Positions 34,079 to 40,943 of a DNA stretch of 42,509 nucleotides are shown here, one piece after another. The position numbers were made by a program, and so were the translations under genes. Source of the stretch: a virus. The notes below the pieces were generated by a model that saw only the letters and a list, made by a program, of their open reading frames with translations, did not search any database and was not told the origin of the DNA. Position 1 is the stretch's first letter. Every line of letters starts with the position of its first letter. The stretch lies in the IMG/VR virus record IMGVR_UViG_3300010939_000103. One strand, written 5' to 3'.

Positions 34079-35451
34079 TGGAGCCTCCCAGTAAAGCGCC
34101 TATCCCCGACCCCATGCGAGCGCCAATCTCGGGGAGGAGCACTTAGGTTACCTCTAGTAGCTCGACCCGACGCCAATGTCTGCGACGGCGAGGTTCTCTG
34201 CGCGTAGCTAAAAAGGACATACCTCTTCGCATCCATACCGTGGTTATCCTTGTCCTGCGGGATTTCCTTAAGGTTCTTGCCTGATACGGACTTTTGCCAG
34301 AGGTAAGCACCTAACTCCTCGGCCGTACATGTAGGTAACTTCTCAGCCCTCAAGCCCTCATCAACCTCCAACAGTGCATCCCGAAATATGTGGACATGGT
34401 TCTTGGCTATAAGACTATAAACCTCTTGTACACCCGCACTGATGTCCTTAAGCGCCTGAGTTGTCTGTACGCCCTGCTGCTCGAGGATGGCTCTATCACC
34501 ACTATCCCAGTCAGAGAAGGAGGCTAGAAGTAGACGGTGCTCCTCAGGGAATGTGTTAGCGATGATTTTTTGTGCATGGATATTTACGGCAATCCTTGAT
34601 TTATAAATTTCCTTGTAAAGGTACCAGCCACCAAACGATGGATTTTCCAATGAAAAGGAGTCCGGGCACCTTGCCCACCACTGACATACGAATGGATTGG
34701 TGTAGCCAAAGTCGATGCCCCTGAATCGGGGCCAATCAAGGGGAATAGGAAAGGGGTCAATGATACCCTCTCGCGGGTCCCAGTTATCGTAGACCAGGCC
34801 CTCGAATCCTACCCACCTACCTAGCACATAACGTTCGTAGTAGAGGCCAGAAAACCCTTGAAGCCGGTCAATATAGTCCTGAGGCAGATAAGGGTTCTCC
34901 AAGGAGTTAGCCTCAATTACCTGACCCCTATGCTCCTCGTAGAAGTGCTTATAAAGGTAATGGCTAGGTGCTCCTGGGTTGGTGGCGATGAAAAGCTGCC
35001 TAAAAGGCACATCCCTCAGTCTTAAGCGTCCTTCCAGCATCCTATAGTCATCGTCATCCAGTTCTATGCCTTCATCAACGAAAATCCATCCAAACTGGGT
35101 GGAACCAAGCTTTAGCGGGTCGTCGAGGCCAAGAAAGAGGATTTTAGACCCATTCACCAACTCACAGACGCTGGAGACCTGATTCCAGTGCCTAACGTTC
35201 TCTGGCGGACAGACTTCGCGCCACCAGGTCTCCATAGTAGAATACTTAAGGCTCACGTGGGTCTTACGGATGATGGCGCCATAGTTATTAGGGTATTTGG
35301 TTGAGAGAAAGTAGCCCTTCTCGCAGCCGGCACGCGATTTCCCGGCGGCAAAGGCCCCTGAGTACAGAACCTCCGGGGACGTGGACTCCATGAATGCCCT
35401 TTGCTTAGGCATCCTAGAGGTATCGAAGTAGTGGCTAGTTTGAGTGGTCAT
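34075..35451 (-). CDS. terL: Terminase large subunit
   Basis: Walker A is SGAFAAGKS and Walker B is GWIFVDEGIE. The C-terminal RNaseH-like nuclease carries GIDFGYTNPF and DNHGMDAKRY. Confidence 0.92.
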   Translation of the reverse strand: MTTQTSHYFDTSRMPKQRAFMESTSPEVLYSGAFAAGKSRAGCEKGYFLSTKYPNNYGAIIRKTHVSLKYSTMETWWREVCPPENVRHWNQVSSVCELVNGSKILFLGLDDPLKLGSTQFGWIFVDEGIELDDDDYRMLEGRLRLRDVPFRQLFIATNPGAPSHYLYKHFYEEHRGQVIEANSLENPYLPQDYIDRLQGFSGLYYERYVLGRWVGFEGLVYDNWDPREGIIDPFPIPLDWPRFRGIDFGYTNPFVCQWWARCPDSFSLENPSFGGWYLYKEIYKSRIAVNIHAQKIIANTFPEEHRLLLASFSDWDSGDRAILEQQGVQTTQALKDISAGVQEVYSLIAKNHVHIFRDALLEVDEGLRAEKLPTCTAEELGAYLWQKSVSGKNLKEIPQDKDNHGMDAKRYVLFSYAQRTSPSQTLASGRATRGNLSAPPRDWRSHGVGDRRFTGRLQ

Positions 35452-35466
35452 TAGTTCGAGGAAAAA

Positions 35467-36141
35467 CTAAATCGTAGCACTTTCGCCACTGGCAAACCTT
35501 CTAGCGCGTTCAACAATGTCAACCTGGGCCTCCGGCACTTCCCTACCAACTGAGTACCCATGGTAGGCTTCCTCGTAGCCATGTTCCCCGAAGAGGCGTT
35601 CAGGAACAGCTTGAGGCACTTCCTGTTCATTGGTAGCTTGCTCCTCTGGAACATCCACTACGGTACCTGTGGACTGGATAGGGGCAGGGAAGTTATCGCG
35701 GAAGTCATAAAGCTTAATTACGTGCTCCTCTACTTTATGTATCCGCTTGTTCTCCGCCAAGACGCCCTGGAGCTTGGCTATATCCTCACTAGCGCGCAAC
35801 GCAGAGGTTAGTAGCTGAGGAACCTGCTGTGGTCTCTGCTCCATAGTCCTGTAGGCGGTATCTATGACGTGGCGGAATCTGCCTACAGCCTCCGCGGCGA
35901 GTGCCTGGACCTCATCATCCTGAAAGACGTGTAGTATACGCCTTCCCGCTTGCACGTCCTCATAGACCTGTTCCCAGGGAAGCCCAAATTCCTCGCAAAT
36001 GGCGCTTACTGACTTCCCAGCGGTCCACAGCGTGATTACAGCCAATTGGCGGCTGCGATTAGTGTCCGAGAGCCGCAGAGCAGCCTCCTTGGCTCTCTCC
36101 ATGGCCTTTTCTGATATTCCGCTACCTGCAATCGTAGTCAT
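35467..36141 (-). CDS. Terminase small subunit (by position; N-terminal HTH-like)
   Basis: 224-aa ORF immediately upstream of terL. It contains LAVITLWTAGKSVSAICEEFGLPWEQVYEDV. Confidence 0.6.
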   Translation of the reverse strand: MTTIAGSGISEKAMERAKEAALRLSDTNRSRQLAVITLWTAGKSVSAICEEFGLPWEQVYEDVQAGRRILHVFQDDEVQALAAEAVGRFRHVIDTAYRTMEQRPQQVPQLLTSALRASEDIAKLQGVLAENKRIHKVEEHVIKLYDFRDNFPAPIQSTGTVVDVPEEQATNEQEVPQAVPERLFGEHGYEEAYHGYSVGREVPEAQVDIVERARRFASGESATI

Positions 36142-36171
36142 CGTTTGTACAGAGAACCCTTATTACGCCGT

Positions 36172-36390
36172 CTACCTCTTATGGTAGTCCATGACCATGA
36201 GGCATGTAGGACAAGATAGCACCTTGTCGCTTAATCCTCGAAACTCGGACACTTGGTTTTGGGAAGTAACTGTGACCTGTATCTTACAGGCCATCAAGAG
36301 GAAAGGCTCTCCGGAGGTCAAGGTCCCGGATGACTCAGTTAAATGAGCCTTTTCTTCGCCGGGCCAGTTTACCCAGGGCTCAGTTTCCAT
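36172..36390 (-). CDS. Doubtful leader ORF (72 aa)
   Basis: The ORF lies between the structured leader and terS. No SD precedes the ATG at 36390. The C-terminal part carries C...CPTC. Confidence 0.25.
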   Translation of the reverse strand: METEPWVNWPGEEKAHLTESSGTLTSGEPFLLMACKIQVTVTSQNQVSEFRGLSDKVLSCPTCLMVMDYHKR

Positions 36391-36410
36391 ATTAGACCTG
36401 AGCTTAGGTA

Positions 36411-36539
36411 GGGAGGGATGGAACCCCGATTACAGGTCTGCCATCCACACGGGACGGGGAGGTTGAGACGCGGTCCACAGCGCGCAGCAGGCTTTCCCGG
36501 CTAGGCACCTTTTGAGCACCATCACAACCATCCCTCCCC
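36411..36539. repeat. Structured element A: 11-bp perfect long-range helix enclosing 106 nt
   Basis: GGGAGGGATGG (36411-36421) is the exact reverse complement of CCATCCCTCCC (36528-36538). A competing local partner CCATCC lies at 36441-36446. Four motifs are shared in order with element B. Confidence 0.5.
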
Positions 36540-36592
36540 AAGCTGAGTGGCGACTTCTACGGAGTAGGGGCCGCCATCGCCACCGCCTCCCT

Positions 36593-36621
36593 ATTATCGC
36601 ACGTCAAAACTCTGGAGTCAA
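36593..36621 (-). promoter_or_regulatory. Candidate promoter of the virion (late) operon: TTGACT-17-GATAAT with extended -10 TGc
   Basis: The reverse complement of 36586-36625 reads tagTTGACTccagagttttgacgTGcGATAATagg. It is the only good sigma70-like match seen on the - strand upstream of terS. Confidence 0.55.
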
Positions 36622-36731
36622 CTACCGGCACTAAAATCGGCGCTAATCCAGCTTACATGCAGTAAGGTAGCATTGCGAGGTCGAGGCGCTTTTCATGGCG
36701 GGAAGTCGTGTTGGAGGTAAGGGGATTTGAT

Positions 36732-36747
36732 TGTGACAGCTTTCACT
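36732..36747. promoter_or_regulatory. Operator-like dyad GATTGTGA-N6-TCACT
   Basis: The sequence gATTGTGAcagcttTCACt shares GATTGTGA-N6-TCAC with the site at 37808-37825. Confidence 0.4.
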
Positions 36748-36822
36748 AGAACGCCCCGGGTAGCCTAAGTAGAACATATGTTCGCAGGAAAGTAGCACAG
36801 ATGGCCTAAGGGCCTTTACCAC

Positions 36823-36844
36823 ATCTTTATCATATCTTTATCAT
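36823..36844. repeat. Perfect tandem duplication of ATCTTTATCAT (2 x 11 nt) abutting the P3 -35
   Basis: The two copies occupy 36823-36833 and 36834-36844. TTGACA starts at 36851. Confidence 0.9.
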
Positions 36845-36850
36845 TGCCTA

Positions 36851-36879
36851 TTGACATTGACCCAAGGACGTGGTACAAT
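36851..36879 (+). promoter_or_regulatory. Sigma70 promoter P3 (TTGACA-17-TACAAT, extended -10 TGg)
   Basis: TTGACA is at 36851-36856 and TACAAT at 36874-36879, preceded by TGG. The RBS AAGGAGGG and the ATG at 36945 lie downstream. Confidence 0.7.
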
Positions 36880-36944
36880 GACCACACGCGAAAAGAGCGA
36901 GGCAAGCGCCTAAGCATCGCGCAGAACCTAAGGAGGGTTGAGCC

Positions 36945-37562
36945 ATGGTTACAGAGACTGCCCAAGGGTTGAAGGACAAGCTGGAAAACCTAAGGGCTGC
37001 AATCACACAGGCACTGGCGGCGGGGGAGAATGCAGACGCAGTGATGGTGGAGTACACCGCCCTGCTATCCAAGTACCAGACAGCGCAGAGGTCGGAGAAT
37101 GCCGTCGCCATCGACGAGGCCAAGAGCCAAGTCCTGCGCGGCATCGGGGGCCTCATCGATGGGTCTGGGCTTGAGACGCTGATGGGCGAGTCGGTGGTCG
37201 CCATCAACTGGTCCAAAACCGTTGAGGCGGGCAAGGAACCGGTTTTCGCACTCAACGTCAACAGCAAGCGTGGCCGCGCGAGTGGTAGCGCGACTGGCCG
37301 CAACGGCGGTGGTCGCAGCACTAAGCACTTTGAGGTCAATGGCAAGGTGATGGATGCACGCGAGTTCGTGCTCGCCCATGCCCCCGAGGACATCCTCGAT
37401 GCCTCACTGGTGAAGCGCGGCGAGGGCAAGTGGATTACCAAGCCAATCCACATCGACAAGACCGTTGAGCACCTGAAGGGTCAGGGCGTCACAGTCAACG
37501 AGGTGGCAGCGCCAGCCGCGACGCCACCGGCCGAGAAGCCGAAGGTGACAGCGACCAAGTAA
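36945..37562 (+). CDS. GC-rich early protein: N-terminal helical/coiled-coil region, Gly/Arg/Ser linker, small C-terminal domain
   Basis: 205 aa with AAGGAGGG upstream. Codons are visibly GC3-rich, which produces long antisense shadow ORFs. The linker reads SKRGRASGSATGRNGGGRS. Confidence 0.75.
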   Translation: MVTETAQGLKDKLENLRAAITQALAAGENADAVMVEYTALLSKYQTAQRSENAVAIDEAKSQVLRGIGGLIDGSGLETLMGESVVAINWSKTVEAGKEPVFALNVNSKRGRASGSATGRNGGGRSTKHFEVNGKVMDAREFVLAHAPEDILDASLVKRGEGKWITKPIHIDKTVEHLKGQGVTVNEVAAPAATPPAEKPKVTATK

Positions 37563-37576
37563 TTGGCGAAACGCGG

Positions 37577-37602
37577 GGCAGGGGAAACTTGCCACCCCTG
37601 CC
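37577..37602 (+). terminator. GC-rich hairpin after the early gene (weak U-tract)
   Basis: GGCAGGGG (37577-37584) pairs with CCCCTGCC (37595-37602) around a 10-nt loop. It is followed by tcgtgtct, not a clean T-run. Confidence 0.4.
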
Positions 37603-37612
37603 TCGTGTCTGC

Positions 37613-37733
37613 GAGGGATGAGCGCCTCGCACTGATGAGCCAGCTCACGGAGGGTGCGATGGAATAACGCGGAACGGTAACCTCGGAGGTTGAGGCCGAG
37701 CCGCACCACAACCCACATAGAGCAACCATCCCT
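37613..37733. repeat. Structured element B, related to element A
   Basis: AGGGATG (37614-37620) pairs with CATCCCT (37727-37733), enclosing 106 nt. It shares GAGGGATG, GGAGGTTGAG, GCACCA(t)CACAACC and CAACCATCCCT with A in the same order. Confidence 0.45.
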
Positions 37734-37807
37734 ACGGGGGCGCTGAACCAGCGGGCCTGAGACACGGCATCACACCTGGCCACTTTTAAGTAACCTCTTA
37801 CCAATGA

Positions 37808-37825
37808 TTGTGAAATAAATCACAA
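37808..37825. promoter_or_regulatory. Perfect dyad TTGTGA-N6-TCACAA (CRP/FNR-type half-sites)
   Basis: The sequence atgaTTGTGAaataaaTCACAAcc has 6+6 perfect arms. Confidence 0.45.
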
Positions 37826-38048
37826 CCTTTCCTTGTGTGTGGTTACGCTACCACTAGCGTTGGTTCGCTCCGCGCCCACACGGCAGCACTTGACCTCGTG
37901 GCAGCTATTTCGCAGCGAGGTTTACTAGCGAGAGGAAATAGAACCTTCACCTCTTCGTCCTCTAGTGCTCTTTTGCGCCTTGCCTTAGGGGTGTGGTTTG
38001 ATGCGTTGATGCGATGATGCGCGCGAGGGAGAAGCTAGCAGTAGTGGA

Positions 38049-38077
38049 TTGACAAAACAGTTATTTTGTGGTATAAT
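38049..38077 (+). promoter_or_regulatory. Consensus sigma70 promoter P4 (TTGACA-17-TATAAT, extended -10 TGg)
   Basis: TTGACA is at 38049-38054 and TATAAT at 38072-38077, preceded by TGG. Confidence 0.75.
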
Positions 38078-38124
38078 GGAGAGGTCAGAGAGCCAAGAGG
38101 AAGGTCCATGGAAAGGAGGTTGGC

Positions 38125-38301
38125 ATGAGATTTGAGATAGGCGTGAAGGGGATTCTGAGAGTGACCGCGAAGGACCACGAAGAGGCGGTGGAGCAGGCCA
38201 GGGCTCTATGCAGTGAGACAGGAGACGAGAGCTGGAAACTTACTGTGCTGGGCTTGGAGCTAGGCATAATGGATGTCATACCCGTGGAGGTCGAGGAGTA
38301 A
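38125..38301 (+). CDS. Small early protein (58 aa), member of a three-copy RFEI...EEA family
   Basis: AAAGGAGG lies 6 nt upstream. The translation begins MRFEIGVKGILRVTAKDHEEAVEQARAL.... Confidence 0.6.
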   Translation: MRFEIGVKGILRVTAKDHEEAVEQARALCSETGDESWKLTVLGLELGIMDVIPVEVEE

Positions 38302-38345
38302 GCGATGGGAGAAGTCCAGGCGATTTACACTTCAGGAGGCATAGT

Positions 38346-38627
38346 GTGGTAGCTAGATATGGCCAGTCTAAGCTTGGGTATAACAAGGAAGCGAGGGATG
38401 CCTCACGTGTCCTTAGGCTATACGCGGCGAAGAAGCACGAGAGGACCTTGAGAGAGCCAATAACGGGAAACATGATGGGCATGACGTGGCTCAACTGCTC
38501 TTGTAGTTGGGGCTCCAGCGCAGGGGATAATATCTACCTTGACGATGCTTGGAAAGCCCACCTTGAGGACATCGAGCGCGCCCACCGGGTAGCCCCCAAA
38601 ATTCTGGAAGCCTTAAAGGAGGGCTAG
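38346..38627 (+). CDS. Hypothetical early protein
   Basis: 93 aa with a GTG start 8 nt after AGGAGG. Confidence 0.55.
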   Translation: MVARYGQSKLGYNKEARDASRVLRLYAAKKHERTLREPITGNMMGMTWLNCSCSWGSSAGDNIYLDDAWKAHLEDIERAHRVAPKILEALKEG

Positions 38628-38628
38628 C

Positions 38629-38778
38629 ATGGCCACGTGGCGCTTTGAAATCATCCTAGAGGCGGATAGCGAAGAAGAAGCGAACGCGGAGCTTCAGGCC
38701 CGCATCATGGCCATGGCCTCTGACTTCGAGGAGGGCCGCTTTGACCCAACACTCCATGGCTCACTGGAGGAGGCGTGA
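38629..38778 (+). CDS. Small early protein (49 aa), RFEI...EEA family
   Basis: AAGGAGGG lies 6 nt upstream. The translation begins MATWRFEIILEADSEEEANAELQARIM.... Confidence 0.55.
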   Translation: MATWRFEIILEADSEEEANAELQARIMAMASDFEEGRFDPTLHGSLEEA

Positions 38779-38990
38779 TGCAAGACCTCGGTAGGGAACA
38801 GAGGATTGAAGCAACAAGGAGTAGTCCACTTTATCGGGCTGCATTGAGGGTTCAGTGCCCGCTCTGTGGCAGACACAAGGGCGCCCTTTGCACGAACGGT
38901 GAGGACGTGAAATGGGATAGCCCTCATGCGCTCCGTAGGGATAAAGCACTTCTCCACCTACTGGCAGAATCGGAGGCCCCCCATGGCTGA
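38778..38990 (+). CDS. Small Cys-containing early protein
   Basis: The ATG overlaps the upstream TGA, and GGAGGAGG lies upstream. The protein contains RVQCPLCGRHKGALC. Confidence 0.55.
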   Translation: MQDLGREQRIEATRSSPLYRAALRVQCPLCGRHKGALCTNGEDVKWDSPHALRRDKALLHLLAESEAPHG

Positions 38991-39507
38991 CCTCAGTGCA
39001 GCACAGATGGCCCAGGCGCGAGAGGCGTTCTTGGGGGACTTGTTGGCTATGGGTATCGTAGCTGGTGAAGATGGCCCCGCTGTGCAGTTTCGTGACGGGA
39101 CTATTGTAGAGGTAGACCAGTTGTTGCACGATGCCCACGCCGCCGTGGAGCGCCACCAGGGGCCGGAGCAGGTCTGCCCTGGTATCCCTTCGTCGGGCGA
39201 TGAGGTGGATGGCTACGACCCAGGCTATTCGCACGATGGTTGGATGGCTCTAACTGGGGAGCCCTGCCCTACGTGCAACGGCACCGGTAAGGTGCCTGGG
39301 CGCTGGTGGCCGAACCCGGAGATGGCCAGAGCGTTCCGAGTCGTCATGCACCAGCCCAACCCCAAGCTCGCCGTTGAAGTCATAGCCGACGGAGAGTGGG
39401 ACAAGATTGAGTTTCGCGGCCCTAGCCACGGATATATAGGTTCACTCGACCGCGTTGACGCTGACGCACTGAGACAGGCGCTGGCGGACGCGCTACGGGA
39501 GGGATAA
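38983..39507 (+). CDS. Hypothetical early protein (GC-rich)
   Basis: The ATG at 38983 lies 7 nt after GGAGG (38972-38976). The protein contains CPTCNGTGKVPG. The track start at 38926 has no RBS. Confidence 0.65.
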   Translation: MADLSAAQMAQAREAFLGDLLAMGIVAGEDGPAVQFRDGTIVEVDQLLHDAHAAVERHQGPEQVCPGIPSSGDEVDGYDPGYSHDGWMALTGEPCPTCNGTGKVPGRWWPNPEMARAFRVVMHQPNPKLAVEVIADGEWDKIEFRGPSHGYIGSLDRVDADALRQALADALREG

Positions 39508-39509
39508 CC

Positions 39510-39671
39510 ATGCAACAACCTTACTACAGTAACAATGGTACTCCAATCACCATCGACTACTGCCAATGTTGCAAACTCCCGCAGCCCAACTACACCTTGC
39601 ACCTGATAGGCTACTCAGTGCGTTGCGAGGAATGCGTGATGCATCCTGGACCTTGTGGGGAGAGGCCATGA
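39510..39671 (+). CDS. Small zinc-ribbon protein (53 aa)
   Basis: GGGAGGG lies 6 nt upstream. The cysteine pattern is CQCC...CEEC...C. Confidence 0.5.
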   Translation: MQQPYYSNNGTPITIDYCQCCKLPQPNYTLHLIGYSVRCEECVMHPGPCGERP

Positions 39672-39814
39672 TTGTCCATGTAGTGATGGAATTCGATATC
39701 GACGCTTATACCGAGGAAGATGCAGTTGAGGAAGTGGAGAGTTGGATTCCCTACGAGTATTTCCTCAACTGCAACATAGAGGTGAAAGGAGAAGCTAATG
39801 GTAACAAAGCCTGA
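39668..39814 (+). CDS. Small early protein (48 aa), RFEI...EEA family-like
   Basis: The start couples to the upstream stop by an ATGA overlap. The translation begins MIVHVVMEFDIDAYTEEDAVEEVESWI.... Confidence 0.5.
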   Translation: MIVHVVMEFDIDAYTEEDAVEEVESWIPYEYFLNCNIEVKGEANGNKA

Positions 39815-40226
39815 AAGGTTCTCTGAGCTTTCCCGTCAAGTGCTATCAAATACAGAGGATGAGGCTAGGAACCTTAACCACATAAACATTGACACAGCCC
39901 ATATCCTGCTGGCCATGCTAAAGATACCTGCCTGCACCTCTGCATATATCCTGGCCAGCCTAGGCGTGGACCTAGCTGGGCTAGTCAAGGCCATCAAGAG
40001 TGACGCAGGGAAGGGCCATAGGCCAGTAGAGGTCTCAGGCTTAAGTCTGCTATCCAAGAATGCCATCACCCTGGCCGTAAAAGAAGCCTCTCAGTCAGGC
40101 ACAATTCTTATCAACCACCTACTTATTGGTATAATGCTGGAAGGTGAAGGAACCGCTGCACACGTACTGTCAGAAGCTGGCATAACAGTAGGTGAAGTCA
40201 GGGAGGCTACAAGGAGTCTCAAATGA
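39798..40226 (+). CDS. Stand-alone Clp N-terminal (ClpA/B/C R-domain) double-repeat protein
   Basis: 142 aa. Repeat 1 is RFSELSRQVLSNTEDEARNLNHINIDTAHILLAML. Repeat 2 is LSKNAITLAVKEASQSGTILINHLLIGIMLEGEGTAAHVLSEAGI. Together they match the ClpC NTD pattern RFT..A..vl..A..eA..lgh..igTEHiLLGl..EGeGvAa..L. No AAA module follows. Confidence 0.85.
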   Translation: MVTKPERFSELSRQVLSNTEDEARNLNHINIDTAHILLAMLKIPACTSAYILASLGVDLAGLVKAIKSDAGKGHRPVEVSGLSLLSKNAITLAVKEASQSGTILINHLLIGIMLEGEGTAAHVLSEAGITVGEVREATRSLK

Positions 40227-40396
40227 CAAGCCAGATTCCTAGTATGATGCCAGGCCAAGACCCCTACACGCAAGAGGAACTGGATGCTCTGTACCGCTGG
40301 ATAGCAGAGGCATCAGAGGATGACCCAGGCGAAGAACTGGAACCAGAAATGCTAGATGAATGGGGGGAGGCACAAAGATATGGCCGAGGAGACTAA
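40223..40396 (+). CDS. Small highly acidic protein (57 aa)
   Basis: The start couples by an ATGA overlap, with AAGGAG 6 nt upstream. The translation includes ...QEELDALYRWIAEASEDDPGEELEPEMLDEWGEA.... Confidence 0.55.
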   Translation: MTSQIPSMMPGQDPYTQEELDALYRWIAEASEDDPGEELEPEMLDEWGEAQRYGRGD

Positions 40397-40718
40397 GGAG
40401 TATACCAGCAATGATTTCGGGGAGGAGCGCGAGAGGCTCTTTGAATTGGCCACCGTGCTCATAAAGAGAGGTCTCTCTCAGGAGGAGTTTGAAGAGGCCA
40501 AGCTATTAGCTGCTCTCGTTGGTCCTCAGGAAGGCCCATTCGTGGAGCCGGAGGATATGCACCGTACCACAGTCTCACTACCTACCTCCACGATGCGGCG
40601 AATCCAGCAGCTTAGAGGCGCTCGTATGTACGAGGAAGGCCAGAGTATCACCCTAGATGAGGTCCTGCGGGAACTCGTCACTACCGGCATGGAGCACACC
40701 GCCGATGCTCAACCTTAA
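40380..40718 (+). CDS. Ribbon-helix-helix (CopG/Arc-like) DNA-binding protein
   Basis: The ATG at 40380 follows GGAGG. The C-terminal half HRTTVSLPTSTMRRIQQLRGAR...ITLDEVLRELV fits a beta-strand/helix/helix RHH. Confidence 0.65.
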   Translation: MAEETKEYTSNDFGEERERLFELATVLIKRGLSQEEFEEAKLLAALVGPQEGPFVEPEDMHRTTVSLPTSTMRRIQQLRGARMYEEGQSITLDEVLRELVTTGMEHTADAQP

Positions 40719-40932
40719 CTCGGACGAACTTCACGAAGCCATACACTTCCAAGTAGATTGTCCTGGGTTAGGGGATTTCCTCGAGGAGGTTCATCCAACA
40801 CGGCGTACCCAAATCCATGCAGGGTTCCAGGAGTACGAGTGCGGTATCTGTAAGCTTAGGTGGTGGATACCCAAGGACGTGTTCATAGATATGAGGCTGG
40901 AGCCCTTCTCAGAGTTTGACGTACACCCTTAA
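40705..40932 (+). CDS. Hypothetical small protein
   Basis: 75 aa from the internal ATG. The protein contains CPGLG...CGIC. Confidence 0.5.
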   Translation: MLNLNSDELHEAIHFQVDCPGLGDFLEEVHPTRRTQIHAGFQEYECGICKLRWWIPKDVFIDMRLEPFSEFDVHP

Positions 40933-40943
40933 GGGGGTTGAGA

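Noticed and set aside
37632-37639. Hammerhead-ribozyme-like CUGAUGAG box inside element B
   Set aside because: The required downstream GAAA box, stems II and III, and a cleavage-site helix could not be placed. An isolated 8-mer is expected by chance in a genome of this size.
37669-37708. tRNA-like 3' end (GCGG...CTCGG-loop-CCGAG-CCGC-ACCA)
   Set aside because: It has only a 4-bp acceptor-like helix and one hairpin with a 9-nt loop. There is no D arm, no anticodon arm and no T-loop consensus. It is too small to be a tRNA or tmRNA.
36848-37804. Long - strand ORFs (36848..37459, 37065..37379, 37404..37718, 37481..37804)
   Set aside because: They are antisense shadow ORFs produced by the GC-rich + strand gene and GC-rich non-coding DNA. 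They have no RBS and their composition is Arg/Ala/Pro/Ser-rich.
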